A DNA stretch of 64,000 nucleotides, from contig CALXKK010000004.1 of the NCBI GenBank assembly GCA_944388935.1, forward strand, positions 17,732 to 81,731, in the 5' to 3' direction. The position numbers were made by a program, and so were the translations under genes. Position 1 is the stretch's first letter; the number at the start of each line of letters is the position of its first letter. Shown in pieces: positions 41,634 through 51,600 of the stretch. The notes beneath the pieces were generated by a model that worked only from the letters and a program-made list of their open reading frames with translations, had not been told where the DNA came from and made no database searches. Source of the DNA: an uncultured Clostridia bacterium (lineage in GTDB: Bacteria; Bacillota; Clostridia; TANB77; CAG-508).

Positions 41634-41875
41634 TTTTCTTAATATAATATTGACATTATATTTGCTTAATGATATTATTATAAATGTAAAAATTTGTTAA
41701 ACAAATGATAAACCTAAAATGATATGTATATTTTTACATATAGATATATTTATTTTTAGGGGAGGTGAAAATTTATTATTATATCATATTTTCAATTTTA
41801 TTATAAGAGAAAGAAAATATAAGTGAAAAATTAAAAAATGCAAAAGAAAATTTAATAAAAAAGGAGAATTAAAAA

Positions 41876-43006
41876 ATGAAAAACACAAAGAAATTATTAA
41901 TTGCTTTATTAGCAGTGGTTGTAGCATTAATCGTAATGCCAAATGTTAGCAAAGCAGCTACAGTAGAAGTAAATGATGAAACATCTCTAAGAGAAGCTAT
42001 AGCAACAGCTCAATCTGGAGATACAATTTCATTAGCTGCTGATATAACAGTATCAGGACCTATAGTTGTTGAAAAAGAACTTACAATTAATGGAAATGGA
42101 CATACTGTAACAGGTTCAGATAGTTGGACATCTACTTCAGGAAATCAAACTATGTTTGCAGCACAATTATCTGGGGCTCACCTTACATTAAATAATATAA
42201 AATTAAATAAAGGACCAAAATATGGTGTACAAACATATAATGGTGCATATGTAGCATTAAATAATGTTACTATTTCAGACTTCAATTATGGTGGAGTTCT
42301 TGTAAATGGTGGAACTCTTTATGTACAATATCTTACTTTAGGACAAAATGGAGCAACTTATAATGGAATAGAAATAGATAGAGGTGTTAATGTAACATCA
42401 GAACCTACAATTATAATGAATGGAACATTAAGTTCTACATCTAAAAAAGATGTTGTTTATGTAGCTGAAAATGCTGGAACAGTAAAAATAGAAAACAAAT
42501 CTATGACAAATAATCAAATTGTTGTATCAGGAGATCAATTAATGGTAACAGATAGAAATAATAGTGTTTTATCTGTATCATCAATACCTGACAGTGCAAC
42601 AGTTACAGCTGGAGCAGTAAAAGCTGTTTTAACAGTAGTTTATGATGGAAATTCTAAAGATATTTTAGTTAATTTAGGAAACACCGTTACAGCTGACTAT
42701 ATTGAATCACAATTAGGACTAGCAAAAGGATATACAGTAGAAGGATTCTATACAGATAAAGATTATACAAGCAAATTTGATTTTTCAAAAGCTATAAGTG
42801 CAGACACAACATTATATGCAAAAGTTACTGAAGAACAAAAACAAGCAGAAAATACAACAACAGAAAATGTTGTTGAAACAGAAGAAAATGAAGGAGAAAA
42901 AGATGAAACACCAAAAACAGGTGTAGCTAACTATGTTGGAATTGCTGCTTTAATAATTGTAGCTTCTGTAGCAACAATATATTTTATTAGAAAAAATAGA
43001 ATATAA
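41876..43006 (+). CDS. Sortase-anchored surface protein (beta-helix-like region + InlB B-repeat-like)
   Basis: Signal peptide; GYTVEGFYTD..FDFSKAISADTTLYAK; TPKTG + TM + RKNR tail. Confidence 0.8.
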   Translation: MKNTKKLLIALLAVVVALIVMPNVSKAATVEVNDETSLREAIATAQSGDTISLAADITVSGPIVVEKELTINGNGHTVTGSDSWTSTSGNQTMFAAQLSGAHLTLNNIKLNKGPKYGVQTYNGAYVALNNVTISDFNYGGVLVNGGTLYVQYLTLGQNGATYNGIEIDRGVNVTSEPTIIMNGTLSSTSKKDVVYVAENAGTVKIENKSMTNNQIVVSGDQLMVTDRNNSVLSVSSIPDSATVTAGAVKAVLTVVYDGNSKDILVNLGNTVTADYIESQLGLAKGYTVEGFYTDKDYTSKFDFSKAISADTTLYAKVTEEQKQAENTTTENVVETEENEGEKDETPKTGVANYVGIAALIIVASVATIYFIRKNRI

Positions 43007-43084
43007 TATTTTTATATTATAATAATTTAAGGGATAGACATATCTTTTGTCTATCCTTGTAAATTTATTTTATGGAGATAGACG

Positions 43085-43867
43085 ATGGCAAGACATGTAA
43101 ACCCTAAGCATTTAAAACAAACAACAAAAAAACAAAGGAATTTAATTTACATATTTTTTACAATATTGATTATTGTATGTGTAGTATATCTTATATTTTT
43201 TATTAAAAATAAAAATGCTGGTATTCAAGAAAGTAGTGCTTTAAGTAATGTTACAATAGATGAAAGTAAAGTTAATGATACAACTACAGAGAGAATGCTA
43301 CAAGTTCAAGAATTACAAAAAGAAAATCCAGACATAGTTGGTTGGATAGAAATTGTAGGAACAAAAATAAATTATCCTGTATTGCAAGGTACCGACAATG
43401 ATTATTATATGACTCATAATTATAAAAAAGAAGAAGCAAAAGATGGTTCTATCTTCTTAGATAAAGATTATAATTGGGATATTCCAAGTAGCAATTTATT
43501 AATGTATGGACATAATATGGGTGATGGAGAGATGTTCCAAGATCTTCTAAAATACGAAAATGAAGATTTTTATAATGAGCATCCTACTATAAGATTTACT
43601 ACAGCAAGTGAAGATGCAGAATACGAAATTATTTCAGCTTTTAAATCTAGAGTATATTATAAATCAGAAAAAAATGTATTCAGATATTATTATTTTATAA
43701 ATGCCAATAATGAAGATGAATATAATGAATTCGTTAATAATGCAAAAGAAGCATCACTTTATGATACTGGAAAAACAGCACAATATGGAGACCAACTAAT
43801 GACTTTATCTACATGTTCATATCACACAGAAGATGGAAGATTTGCTGTTGTTGCAAGAAAGAAATAA
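43085..43867 (+). CDS. srtB: Class B sortase
   Basis: NPDIVGWI..GTKINYPVLQ, YGHNM, TLSTC, GRFAV. Confidence 0.9.
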   Translation: MARHVNPKHLKQTTKKQRNLIYIFFTILIIVCVVYLIFFIKNKNAGIQESSALSNVTIDESKVNDTTTERMLQVQELQKENPDIVGWIEIVGTKINYPVLQGTDNDYYMTHNYKKEEAKDGSIFLDKDYNWDIPSSNLLMYGHNMGDGEMFQDLLKYENEDFYNEHPTIRFTTASEDAEYEIISAFKSRVYYKSEKNVFRYYYFINANNEDEYNEFVNNAKEASLYDTGKTAQYGDQLMTLSTCSYHTEDGRFAVVARKK

Positions 43868-43931
43868 AATGAAAAAAAGTACTTGACAACAAAAGTTTAA
43901 TTGTGCTATTATAATTGTTGTTAGCAGTAAT

Positions 43932-44015
43932 GCGGATGTGGCGAAACTGGCAGACGCGCTGGTCTTAGGAACCAGTGCCTATGGCGTGGAGGTTCGAGTC
44001 CTCTCATCCGCACCA
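43932..44015 (+). tRNA. tRNA-Leu(TAG)
   Basis: GCGGATG/CATCCGC acceptor stem, anticodon arm CTGGT-ctTAGga-ACCAG, long variable arm, GGTTCGAGTCC, encoded CCA; TTGACA promoter at 43883. Confidence 0.97.
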
Positions 44016-44219
44016 TAGCAAGCAAAGAGAGATTATTAAATCTCTCTATTTTTTTGCTTTAATGCAAAAGTAAAATATAAATAAATATGATATTTCAAAC
44101 TTGCAAACATTTATTATAAATGATATATATTAATCATAATTATTTGAAACCATATTGAAGCTTTATATATTATTTCACAAGGTTCCAATGATGAAAATAT
44201 AAAGAAAGAAGGTTTTTTA

Positions 44220-44816
44220 ATGGACAATGAAGCAGTAATTAACAAAAGAGTAAGGGATTTTTCAAAGGGTATTGATATTATGCAAACAATATTAATTTTC
44301 CTTATAGCTCTATTAGTACCAACATTTTTAGGAGGACTTCTAAGCAAAATTTTTGGAACAACAAGTGTTATATCTACGAATTCACAACTTATAGTTGGAA
44401 CAATTGTAAATGCAGCATTAGTAACATCAGCAATTAATTTAAAAGGATGGGCAAAAATTCTAGGAGTAGTTACAATGCCTAGTATATCTACAATATTGAG
44501 TGGATATGTATTTGGAACAGCTTCTGTATATATGGTGTATATGATACCAGCAATCTGGCTTGGTAATTTTGCATTAATTTATTCATACAAATTATTAATG
44601 CTAGGTAAAAATAAACATTATTTTCTAGCTGGTGTAGTAGGAATAGTTGTAAAAGTTGCAATTATTTTTGCATTATTTAATATAATTAATTTATTTGGTG
44701 TTTTCCCAGAAAAATTGATAGAAAACTTAAGAAATGCAATGGGATTAACTCAACTTATAACAGCTACATTAGGAGTAATAGTAGCATTTGTAATATATAA
44801 ATTAGAGAAAAAATAG
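44220..44816 (+). CDS. Integral membrane protein, ECF S-component-like
   Basis: QLIVGTIVNAAL, MIPAIWLGN, QLITA; about 6 TM segments. Confidence 0.65.
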   Translation: MDNEAVINKRVRDFSKGIDIMQTILIFLIALLVPTFLGGLLSKIFGTTSVISTNSQLIVGTIVNAALVTSAINLKGWAKILGVVTMPSISTILSGYVFGTASVYMVYMIPAIWLGNFALIYSYKLLMLGKNKHYFLAGVVGIVVKVAIIFALFNIINLFGVFPEKLIENLRNAMGLTQLITATLGVIVAFVIYKLEKK

Positions 44817-44839
44817 TATTGCCTAAAGGAAATGATAAC

Positions 44840-45511
44840 ATGTCAAAAATATTGATTGTGGAAGATGATAAAAAGTTAAGAGAAGAGTTAAAGATTTTTC
44901 TAGAAAAACATGGATACGAGGTAATAATCCTAGAAAAATTTGATAATACAATTGAATATATTTTAAAATCTAAAGCAGATTTAGTTTTATTGGATATAAA
45001 TTTACCAAATATGGATGGAGAGTATGTATGCAAAGAAATAAGAAAAGTTTCTGATGTCCCTATAATGATTGTAACTAGTAGGGATAATGAATTGGACGAA
45101 CTTTTAAGTATAAACAATGGTGCAGACCAATATATTACAAAACCATATAATATCCAAATCTTGCTTGCAAAAATAGAAAGATTATTAAAGAGAAGCAAAG
45201 ATAGTCAAACTAATCAAAATAAAATAGATTGTGGAGATTTCGTTTTGAATATTTCTAAAGGAACAATAGAAAGAGAGGATAAGGTTTTAGAGCTTACAAA
45301 AAATGAATTGAAGATTCTTCATTTCCTTGTCTTAAATAAAGGAGCAATTGTTTCTAGAAATGACATAATGGACTATTTATGGGATAGCGAAAGTTTTGTT
45401 GACGATAATACTCTTACTGTTAATATGAAAAGATTAAGAACAAAATTAGATGAAATTGGTTTAAACGATGTAATAGAGACAAAAAGAGGATTGGGGTATA
45501 TATTAAAATGA
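44840..45511 (+). CDS. OmpR-family response regulator (BceR/GraR-like)
   Basis: ILIVEDD, LLDINLP, GADQYITKP, DDNTLTVN, TKRGLGY. Confidence 0.9.
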   Translation: MSKILIVEDDKKLREELKIFLEKHGYEVIILEKFDNTIEYILKSKADLVLLDINLPNMDGEYVCKEIRKVSDVPIMIVTSRDNELDELLSINNGADQYITKPYNIQILLAKIERLLKRSKDSQTNQNKIDCGDFVLNISKGTIEREDKVLELTKNELKILHFLVLNKGAIVSRNDIMDYLWDSESFVDDNTLTVNMKRLRTKLDEIGLNDVIETKRGLGYILK

Positions 45512-46524
45512 AATTTAAAAGCTATTTAAAAGATAAAATATTATATATTGTATTGCTAATAGTTGCAATTGCAACTATAGAAATTTTTCTAATTCCATAC
45601 GAGATCCCTATATATATAAAGATATATGTTGCAGTAGCTATAATAATATCTTTTCTAATAGCATTTTTAGTAGAATATTATTCTAAGAAGAACTATTATG
45701 AGACTATAAAAAGCAGAGTAAAGGAATTACAGGAAGGATATTTAATTACAGAGGTTTTGCCTCAATCAAATTTCTTAGAAGCTAAAATACTAGAAGAGCT
45801 TATTAGAGATATAGGAAAATCTATGTTAGAAAATGTAAATAAATATAAGTATTTACAGGAAGACTATAAAGAGTACATAGAATTATGGATTCATGAAATA
45901 AAAATACCAATAGCTACAAGTAAAATGATTGTAGAGAATAACAAAAATGAAATTACAGAAAGCATTGATGAAGAATTAGATAAAATAGAGAATTACACTG
46001 AGCAAGCACTATTCTATGCAAGAAGTAATGCTGTTGAGAAAGATTATATTATACGAGAAATAAATTTAAAGGAAATAGTAAATGCAAGTATATTAAAAAA
46101 TAAAATGCAATTAATACAAAATAAAATATCAATTACCACAGAAAATATAGATAAAACAGTATATACAGATAGTAAATGGTGTATTTTTATAATAAATCAG
46201 ATAATTCAAAATTCAATAAAATATTCAAAAGAACAGAATAAAAAAATAGAAATATTTGCAGAAGAAAAGAAAGAGAAAATCATTTTAAATATAAAGGATA
46301 ACGGAATCGGAATAAAGAAAGGTGAAATTACAAGAGTTTTTGAAAAAGGTTTTACTGGAGTAAATGGAAGACTAAACGGTAAAAAGTCAACTGGAATAGG
46401 ATTATATTTATGTAAGAAATTATGTAACAAACTAGGAATAGGACTAGAACTAAATTCAGAAGAAAATGTAGGAACTGAAGTAAAATTAATATTTCCAGTA
46501 GGAAGCTATAATAAATTTAAATAA
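45508..46524 (+). CDS. Intramembrane-sensing histidine kinase (BceS/GraS-like)
   Basis: Two closely spaced TMs; WIHEIKIP, DSKW..FIINQ, KGFTG.NGR, STGIGLYL. Confidence 0.9.
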   Translation: MKFKSYLKDKILYIVLLIVAIATIEIFLIPYEIPIYIKIYVAVAIIISFLIAFLVEYYSKKNYYETIKSRVKELQEGYLITEVLPQSNFLEAKILEELIRDIGKSMLENVNKYKYLQEDYKEYIELWIHEIKIPIATSKMIVENNKNEITESIDEELDKIENYTEQALFYARSNAVEKDYIIREINLKEIVNASILKNKMQLIQNKISITTENIDKTVYTDSKWCIFIINQIIQNSIKYSKEQNKKIEIFAEEKKEKIILNIKDNGIGIKKGEITRVFEKGFTGVNGRLNGKKSTGIGLYLCKKLCNKLGIGLELNSEENVGTEVKLIFPVGSYNKFK

Positions 46525-46529
46525 ACGAA

Positions 46530-46570
46530 GCAGGTGGCACTAACAATCAAAAGATTATTGTGCCACCTGT
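46530..46570 (-). terminator. Conserved 3' hairpin of cassette 1
   Basis: CAGGTGGCAC...GTGCCACCTG; homologous to 50935-50978. Confidence 0.75.
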
Positions 46571-46592
46571 TTTACCGAGCAAAGCCAAAATT

Positions 46593-47108
46593 CTAGCCTA
46601 GCTGATGTTTAATCCAGGTCCGTATCTCCGGAATACTGGAATTGTACAGGGGGTCTCTGGACTTCCTAAACGAGACAGAGAGCTCGCCGTCTGAATTAAA
46701 ATCAACGAGGCGTCGCAAGACCTCTCCCTTATGAAGTGTGCCTTGGTAGTGACCATCGTGTAAACCCTCATCCTCCAAGCCAATAAACTGTGTAGCTTTC
46801 TCGCTCGGATCGATGAAGAAGTTTACAGGTGTTAGCAGACTACCATAAGCATTGTGTTCGTTGTACCTGAAGGTAAAACCTTCATCAAAGAAGCGTTGTT
46901 CATAAGAGAACAAGCAAACTCTGACTTCGTGCCAACCATCTTTATGTTCAATGAAGGCAGCACTGCTTTTGTATTGGTCAATCCTGAAATACAGGTATTT
47001 ATCCATGAAGTGCTTACAGGGACGAACACTGAAACTGAATTCGTTATCGAAGAAGCAATCAAGCTCCGAAATAATCGAAAACAGTTCATCTGCCATTAAC
47101 TCATTCAT
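46593..47108 (-). CDS. Unknown protein, GLHDGHYQ family, copy 1
   Basis: Paralog of 51004-51546; GGAG RBS 7 nt before ATG47108; GC-rich relative to neighbours. Confidence 0.8.
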   Translation of the reverse strand: MNELMADELFSIISELDCFFDNEFSFSVRPCKHFMDKYLYFRIDQYKSSAAFIEHKDGWHEVRVCLFSYEQRFFDEGFTFRYNEHNAYGSLLTPVNFFIDPSEKATQFIGLEDEGLHDGHYQGTLHKGEVLRRLVDFNSDGELSVSFRKSRDPLYNSSIPEIRTWIKHQLG

Positions 47109-47160
47109 TTGTTGCTCCAATTTTGTTGCGTTTGTGTCCTACGAATGTAATTAATCTATA

Positions 47161-47234
47161 AATACCTCCTATACAAATCTGTTCAACTTACAAATGTATG
47201 TCAATTATAGCACTTTATTTATATATTATCAAAT
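47161..47234 (-). promoter_or_regulatory. Conserved promoter/leader of cassette 1
   Basis: Minus strand TTGATA-N17-TATAAT with TGn extension; 56/74 identical to 51601-51674 without gaps. Confidence 0.8.
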
Positions 47235-47254
47235 CTTACAAAATTGTAAGATTT
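47231..47254 (+). promoter_or_regulatory. BceR/GraR-type binding palindrome upstream of the ABC transporter
   Basis: AAATCTTACA-aaat-TGTAAGATTT, further TGTAAG downstream, TATAAT at 47293. Confidence 0.75.
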
Positions 47255-47328
47255 ATGTAAGAAAAAACAATTGTATAGAAATAAAAAGCTAGTATAATAA
47301 AATTAAGAAATTTGAAAGGAGCTTAAAG

Positions 47329-48096
47329 ATGGAAAGAGTTTTAGAGGTTAAGAATATCGAAAAATATTATGGGAATAAATCAAATTTAACCAAAGCAATA
47401 GATAATATTAGCTTTAATATTGAAAAGGGTGAATTTGTTGGAATAATGGGAGCATCAGGCTCTGGAAAAACCACGCTTTTAAATTGTATTTCTACAATAG
47501 ACAGGGTAACAGCAGGTAAAATAATAATAAATAATCAAGATATTACTAAGCTAAAAGGAAATCAATTAAATAAATTTAGAAGAGAGGAATTAGGATTCAT
47601 ATTTCAAGATTTTAATTTGCTAGACACATTAACCGCATTCGAAAATATTGCATTAGCACTTACAATACAAAGAGTAAAGCCAAAGCAAATAGAAGAAAGA
47701 GTAAATGAAATTGCTAAGAAATTAGACATTACAGATATTTTAAATAAATATCCATATCAAATATCTGGAGGTCAAAAGCAAAGAGTTGCATCTGCAAGAG
47801 CAATAATAACAAATCCAAAGCTAATATTAGCAGATGAGCCAACAGGAGCTTTGGATAGTAAATCTGCAAGGCAGTTGTTAGAGAGCTTTGAGGATTTAAA
47901 TAAAAAATTAAATGCTACGATTTTGATGGTTACGCACGATTCGTTTACCGCTAGCTATGCAAATAGAATTTTATTTATTAAAGATGGAAAAATTTTCAAT
48001 GAACTTGTAAAGGGAGAAGACACAAGAAAACAATTCTTCGAAAAGATAATAGAAGTTCAAACCTTATTAGGAGGTGAACTTGGAGATGTTATTTAA
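47329..48096 (+). CDS. BceA-type ABC transporter ATPase
   Basis: GASGSGKTTLLN, ISGGQKQR, ADEPTGALDSKS, MVTHD. Confidence 0.92.
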   Translation: MERVLEVKNIEKYYGNKSNLTKAIDNISFNIEKGEFVGIMGASGSGKTTLLNCISTIDRVTAGKIIINNQDITKLKGNQLNKFRREELGFIFQDFNLLDTLTAFENIALALTIQRVKPKQIEERVNEIAKKLDITDILNKYPYQISGGQKQRVASARAIITNPKLILADEPTGALDSKSARQLLESFEDLNKKLNATILMVTHDSFTASYANRILFIKDGKIFNELVKGEDTRKQFFEKIIEVQTLLGGELGDVI

Positions 48097-50155
48097 ACTT
48101 GCATTAAAAAATATGAGAAAAACAATTAAGGATTTTGCAATTTACTTTTTAACATTAGTACTTGGTGTTGCAATATTTTATATGTTTAATTCTCTAGATA
48201 GCCAGGAAGCAATGTTTCAAGTTTCAAACTCTACAAGAGAAATGATAAAATTAATGATAACTATGTTAGGTTTTGTTTCTGTTTTTGTTGCAATAATATT
48301 GGGACTTTTAATTGTGTATGCAAATAATTTCTTGATAAACAGAAGAAAAAAAGAATTTGGAACATATATGTTACTTGGAATGGGAAAAGGTCAAATTTCT
48401 AGAATTTTATTATTTGAAACTATATTAGTAGGGTTAATATCTTTAATTGTAGGATTGATAATAGGAATTTTTGCTTCACAATTTATGTCTATACTGGTAG
48501 GTAAATTGTTTGCAGCAGATATGAGTAAATTTGAATTTGTATTTTCTAAAGATGCTTGTATTAAGACTTGTATATATTTTGCAGTAATGTATGTAGCAGT
48601 AATGATATTTAATACATTTACAATTTCAAGATATAAATTGATTAATTTGCTAAATGCTTCTAAGAAAAATGAACAAATAAAAATTAAAAACTTATGGGTA
48701 TGTATAATTGTATTTATTTTGGGAGCAGTTATGCTTGGTTATGCTTATTACAAAGTAACTGGAGGAATTTCAGAATTGTCTACCGAAGAGAAAATGATTC
48801 CAATTATATTAATAGGTATTGTTAGCACAATATTGATATTTTGGTCAGTATCTGGCTTTATATTAAAACTTGTTCAACTAAAGAAAAATATATATTTTAA
48901 AGATGTAAATATGTTTGTGTTAAGACAACTACATAATAAGATAAATACAACAGTTGTAAGCATGTCTGTCATATGTTTAATGTTGTTTATGACAATAACA
49001 ATACTTTCCTCATCTTTATCATTAAATAATACAATGAGAAGAGACCTGGAAAAAATGACTCCGGTAGATTTGAATCTATATAAAACAGCTAATTTGCCAG
49101 AAACAGAGAAATTTTCTAAAGCACAAATTGAAGATTCTAAAAAAACTATGATTCAAACCTTGGAAGAAAATGGCTTTGATATGAATAAACTTAAAGATGT
49201 TATTGAAATTCCAATTTATGCAACAAATGAGCTAACTTGGAGGGATACTTTAAAACCTGTATTTGAAGAAATACAAGCACAAAATCCAACACTTTTATAT
49301 GATACAGCTGAGGAAATAGTAAAAGTTTCTGATTACAATAAAATTGCTAAGTTATATGGAGAGAAAGAGTATAGTTTAAATGATGATGAATATATAATTT
49401 TATGTAATTTTGATAATATGACATCAATTAGAAATAAAGCAATTAAAGCAGGTAGTACAATAAATATAAAAGGTAAAGAATATAAATCAAAATATGATGA
49501 GTGTCAAGAAGGATATATAGAAATGGCAGCTAGCAAAATAAACACGGGAATAATTTTAGTACCGGATAGTTGCGATTTAACTGAAGATATGAAAGAAGAA
49601 GCATTTTTAGCTGCAAATTATAATGCAAATACAAAAGAGGAAAAAGAAGAAATAGAGAAAATATTTACAGGTGAAAACAATTCTGAATTCTATAATAATT
49701 TGGAAGAAAAAGATATATCAATAGATGGTATGACAAAAATATCACTTATAGAATCTAGTTCAGGTGTTGCAACAATAGTATTGTTTATCTCAATATATTT
49801 AGGTATAATATTCTTGATAGCAAGTTCAGCAATACTTGCATTAAAACAATTAACAGAAAGCTCAGATAATAAGCAAAGATATACTATTTTAAGAAAAATA
49901 GGTGCAGACGAAAAAATGATAAATGGAGCATTATTCAAGCAAATAGGAATATTTTTCTTAATGCCTTTAATATTAGCGATAATACATTCAATATTTGGAA
50001 TACAATTTGTTATGACAATGATGAGTGTATTAGCGGACGCAAAAGAATTATTACCATCAGTAATAGCAACAGTAATAATATTAGGCGTAGTTTATGGCGC
50101 ATATTTCTTAGCAACATATTTAGGTAGCAAAAACATAATAAAGGAAGAGGAATAA
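48086..50155 (+). CDS. BceB-type (FtsX-like) permease
   Basis: YANNFLINRRKKEFG, large extracellular loop, YTILRKIG. Confidence 0.9.
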   Translation: MLFKLALKNMRKTIKDFAIYFLTLVLGVAIFYMFNSLDSQEAMFQVSNSTREMIKLMITMLGFVSVFVAIILGLLIVYANNFLINRRKKEFGTYMLLGMGKGQISRILLFETILVGLISLIVGLIIGIFASQFMSILVGKLFAADMSKFEFVFSKDACIKTCIYFAVMYVAVMIFNTFTISRYKLINLLNASKKNEQIKIKNLWVCIIVFILGAVMLGYAYYKVTGGISELSTEEKMIPIILIGIVSTILIFWSVSGFILKLVQLKKNIYFKDVNMFVLRQLHNKINTTVVSMSVICLMLFMTITILSSSLSLNNTMRRDLEKMTPVDLNLYKTANLPETEKFSKAQIEDSKKTMIQTLEENGFDMNKLKDVIEIPIYATNELTWRDTLKPVFEEIQAQNPTLLYDTAEEIVKVSDYNKIAKLYGEKEYSLNDDEYIILCNFDNMTSIRNKAIKAGSTINIKGKEYKSKYDECQEGYIEMAASKINTGIILVPDSCDLTEDMKEEAFLAANYNANTKEEKEEIEKIFTGENNSEFYNNLEEKDISIDGMTKISLIESSSGVATIVLFISIYLGIIFLIASSAILALKQLTESSDNKQRYTILRKIGADEKMINGALFKQIGIFFLMPLILAIIHSIFGIQFVMTMMSVLADAKELLPSVIATVIILGVVYGAYFLATYLGSKNIIKEEE

Positions 50156-50239
50156 CAGAAATTTGAGGCTGTTCGTAAAATTACTTTTATGGAAAAATAG
50201 TAATATCTAACTCAATTTCTGATAAGAAAGAAGGTGGCA

Positions 50240-50929
50240 ATGATGAAAAAAATAATACTTGTAATATTACTTATATTATTAAGCTTTGGAGCTATTTTTG
50301 TAAGCAAAGGCTATGATATGTACAAAGAAGCAATAGAAGAAACTCCTCTAGAAAAAAAGGTTGAAGAAATACAATCAAAAAAGAATTATACTAAACTTTC
50401 AGAATTGCCACAAACATATATAAATGCTGTGATTTCTGTAGAAGACCATAGGTTTTACAAGCATCATGGAATAGATGTAATTGCAATTGGACGAGCTATT
50501 ATAAATGATATTAAAGCAAGAGACTTAGTAGAAGGTGGAAGTACAATAACTCAGCAGATTGCAAAAAATGAATATTTTACACAAGAAAAGAAATTTACAA
50601 GAAAAATTGCGGAAGTTTTTATGGCTCATGAATTAGAGAAAAATTATTCAAAAGATGAAATATTGGAATTATATATAAACACAATTTATTTTGGAAATGG
50701 ATATTATAATATTGTAGATGCATGTAAAGGCTATTTTGGAAAAGAGCCTAAAGATATGACTGATGGAGAGTGCATAATGCTTGCAGGAATACCAAATGCT
50801 CCATCTGTATACAATCCCAAAGAAAATTCTACACTTGCAAAACAAAGACAAAAGCAAGTAGCAGATAAAATGGTGGAATATGGATATTTAACGGAAGAAG
50901 AGAAAAATAAAATATTAAATAGTAAGTAA
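50240..50929 (+). CDS. Monofunctional peptidoglycan transglycosylase (GT51)
   Basis: EDHRFYKHHG, GGSTITQQIAKN, RKIAE, KDEILELYIN. Confidence 0.9.
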   Translation: MMKKIILVILLILLSFGAIFVSKGYDMYKEAIEETPLEKKVEEIQSKKNYTKLSELPQTYINAVISVEDHRFYKHHGIDVIAIGRAIINDIKARDLVEGGSTITQQIAKNEYFTQEKKFTRKIAEVFMAHELEKNYSKDEILELYINTIYFGNGYYNIVDACKGYFGKEPKDMTDGECIMLAGIPNAPSVYNPKENSTLAKQRQKQVADKMVEYGYLTEEEKNKILNSK

Positions 50930-50934
50930 GAAAT

Positions 50935-50978
50935 AGCCGGTGGCACAAATAATCTTAATGATTATTGTACCACCGGCT
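50935..50978 (-). terminator. Conserved 3' hairpin of cassette 2
   Basis: AGCCGGTGGCAC...GTACCACCGGCT. Confidence 0.75.
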
Positions 50979-51003
50979 TAAAATGTGTAGCCAAGGCTAG
51001 TAC

Positions 51004-51546
51004 TTAGCCTACAAGCTTTCTAATCCAGTCCCGGATTTCCGGAATCCTGGACTCGTAATGGAGGAAGTTTGCTAACCGATAGGATACCTCAAAATTAAGA
51101 GGGGTGATTCTTACGTATCGATGCAGAATCTCTCCACCGTGAAGAATACTTTGATAGTGGCCATCGTGTAAGCCAGAGTCTCTAATGCCAACGAACTGCG
51201 TGGTAAATGCATCATGCTCGATGAAGAAGTTAATAGGCTTCTCCATAAGCCAAAGTTCACTCAGGGTGTTTTGGAATATGAAGGAAAAACCTTCTGCATA
51301 GTATGGTTCGTTTTCATATAGCAACCATAGTCTGAACTCTATGGTGCCATCCCCATGCTTAAAGTAAGCGCCGGTGCAGTGATACTTTTTTCCAATAACC
51401 AAATGGATATATCCATCTAGGCCAATCGAGTCAAGCTGAACGTCGAAGCCAAACACCTTCTTAAAGAATCTTCCAAGGGTCTCAATATCAAAGGAGATGG
51501 ACTTCTTGTCCATATCGAACTTTTCTCCGTCAAAAAGGACACTCAT
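51004..51546 (-). CDS. Unknown protein, GLHDGHYQ family, copy 2
   Basis: Paralog of 46593-47108; GGAG RBS 6 nt before ATG51546; GC-rich. Confidence 0.8.
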   Translation of the reverse strand: MSVLFDGEKFDMDKKSISFDIETLGRFFKKVFGFDVQLDSIGLDGYIHLVIGKKYHCTGAYFKHGDGTIEFRLWLLYENEPYYAEGFSFIFQNTLSELWLMEKPINFFIEHDAFTTQFVGIRDSGLHDGHYQSILHGGEILHRYVRITPLNFEVSYRLANFLHYESRIPEIRDWIRKLVG

Positions 51547-51600
51547 GATGTACTCCATTCTGTAAGCGTACCAACGAAACAAAAAGAATTATGTTACAAT

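Noticed and set aside
41700-41875. Possible riboswitch or leader peptide upstream of the surface protein (GGGGAGGTG at about 41758)
   Set aside because: Only AT-rich imperfect hairpins, no recognisable aptamer, and no start codon after the SD-like sequence.
43932-44100. tRNA-Leu as an integration site
   Set aside because: No integrase nearby, and I found no duplicate of the tRNA 3' end in the window.
46598-47154. Alternative ORFs overlapping cassette 1 (46598-46783, 46832-47089, 46854-47099, 46951-47154)
   Set aside because: Only the 46593 frame is conserved with the paralog; the others are by-products of higher GC.
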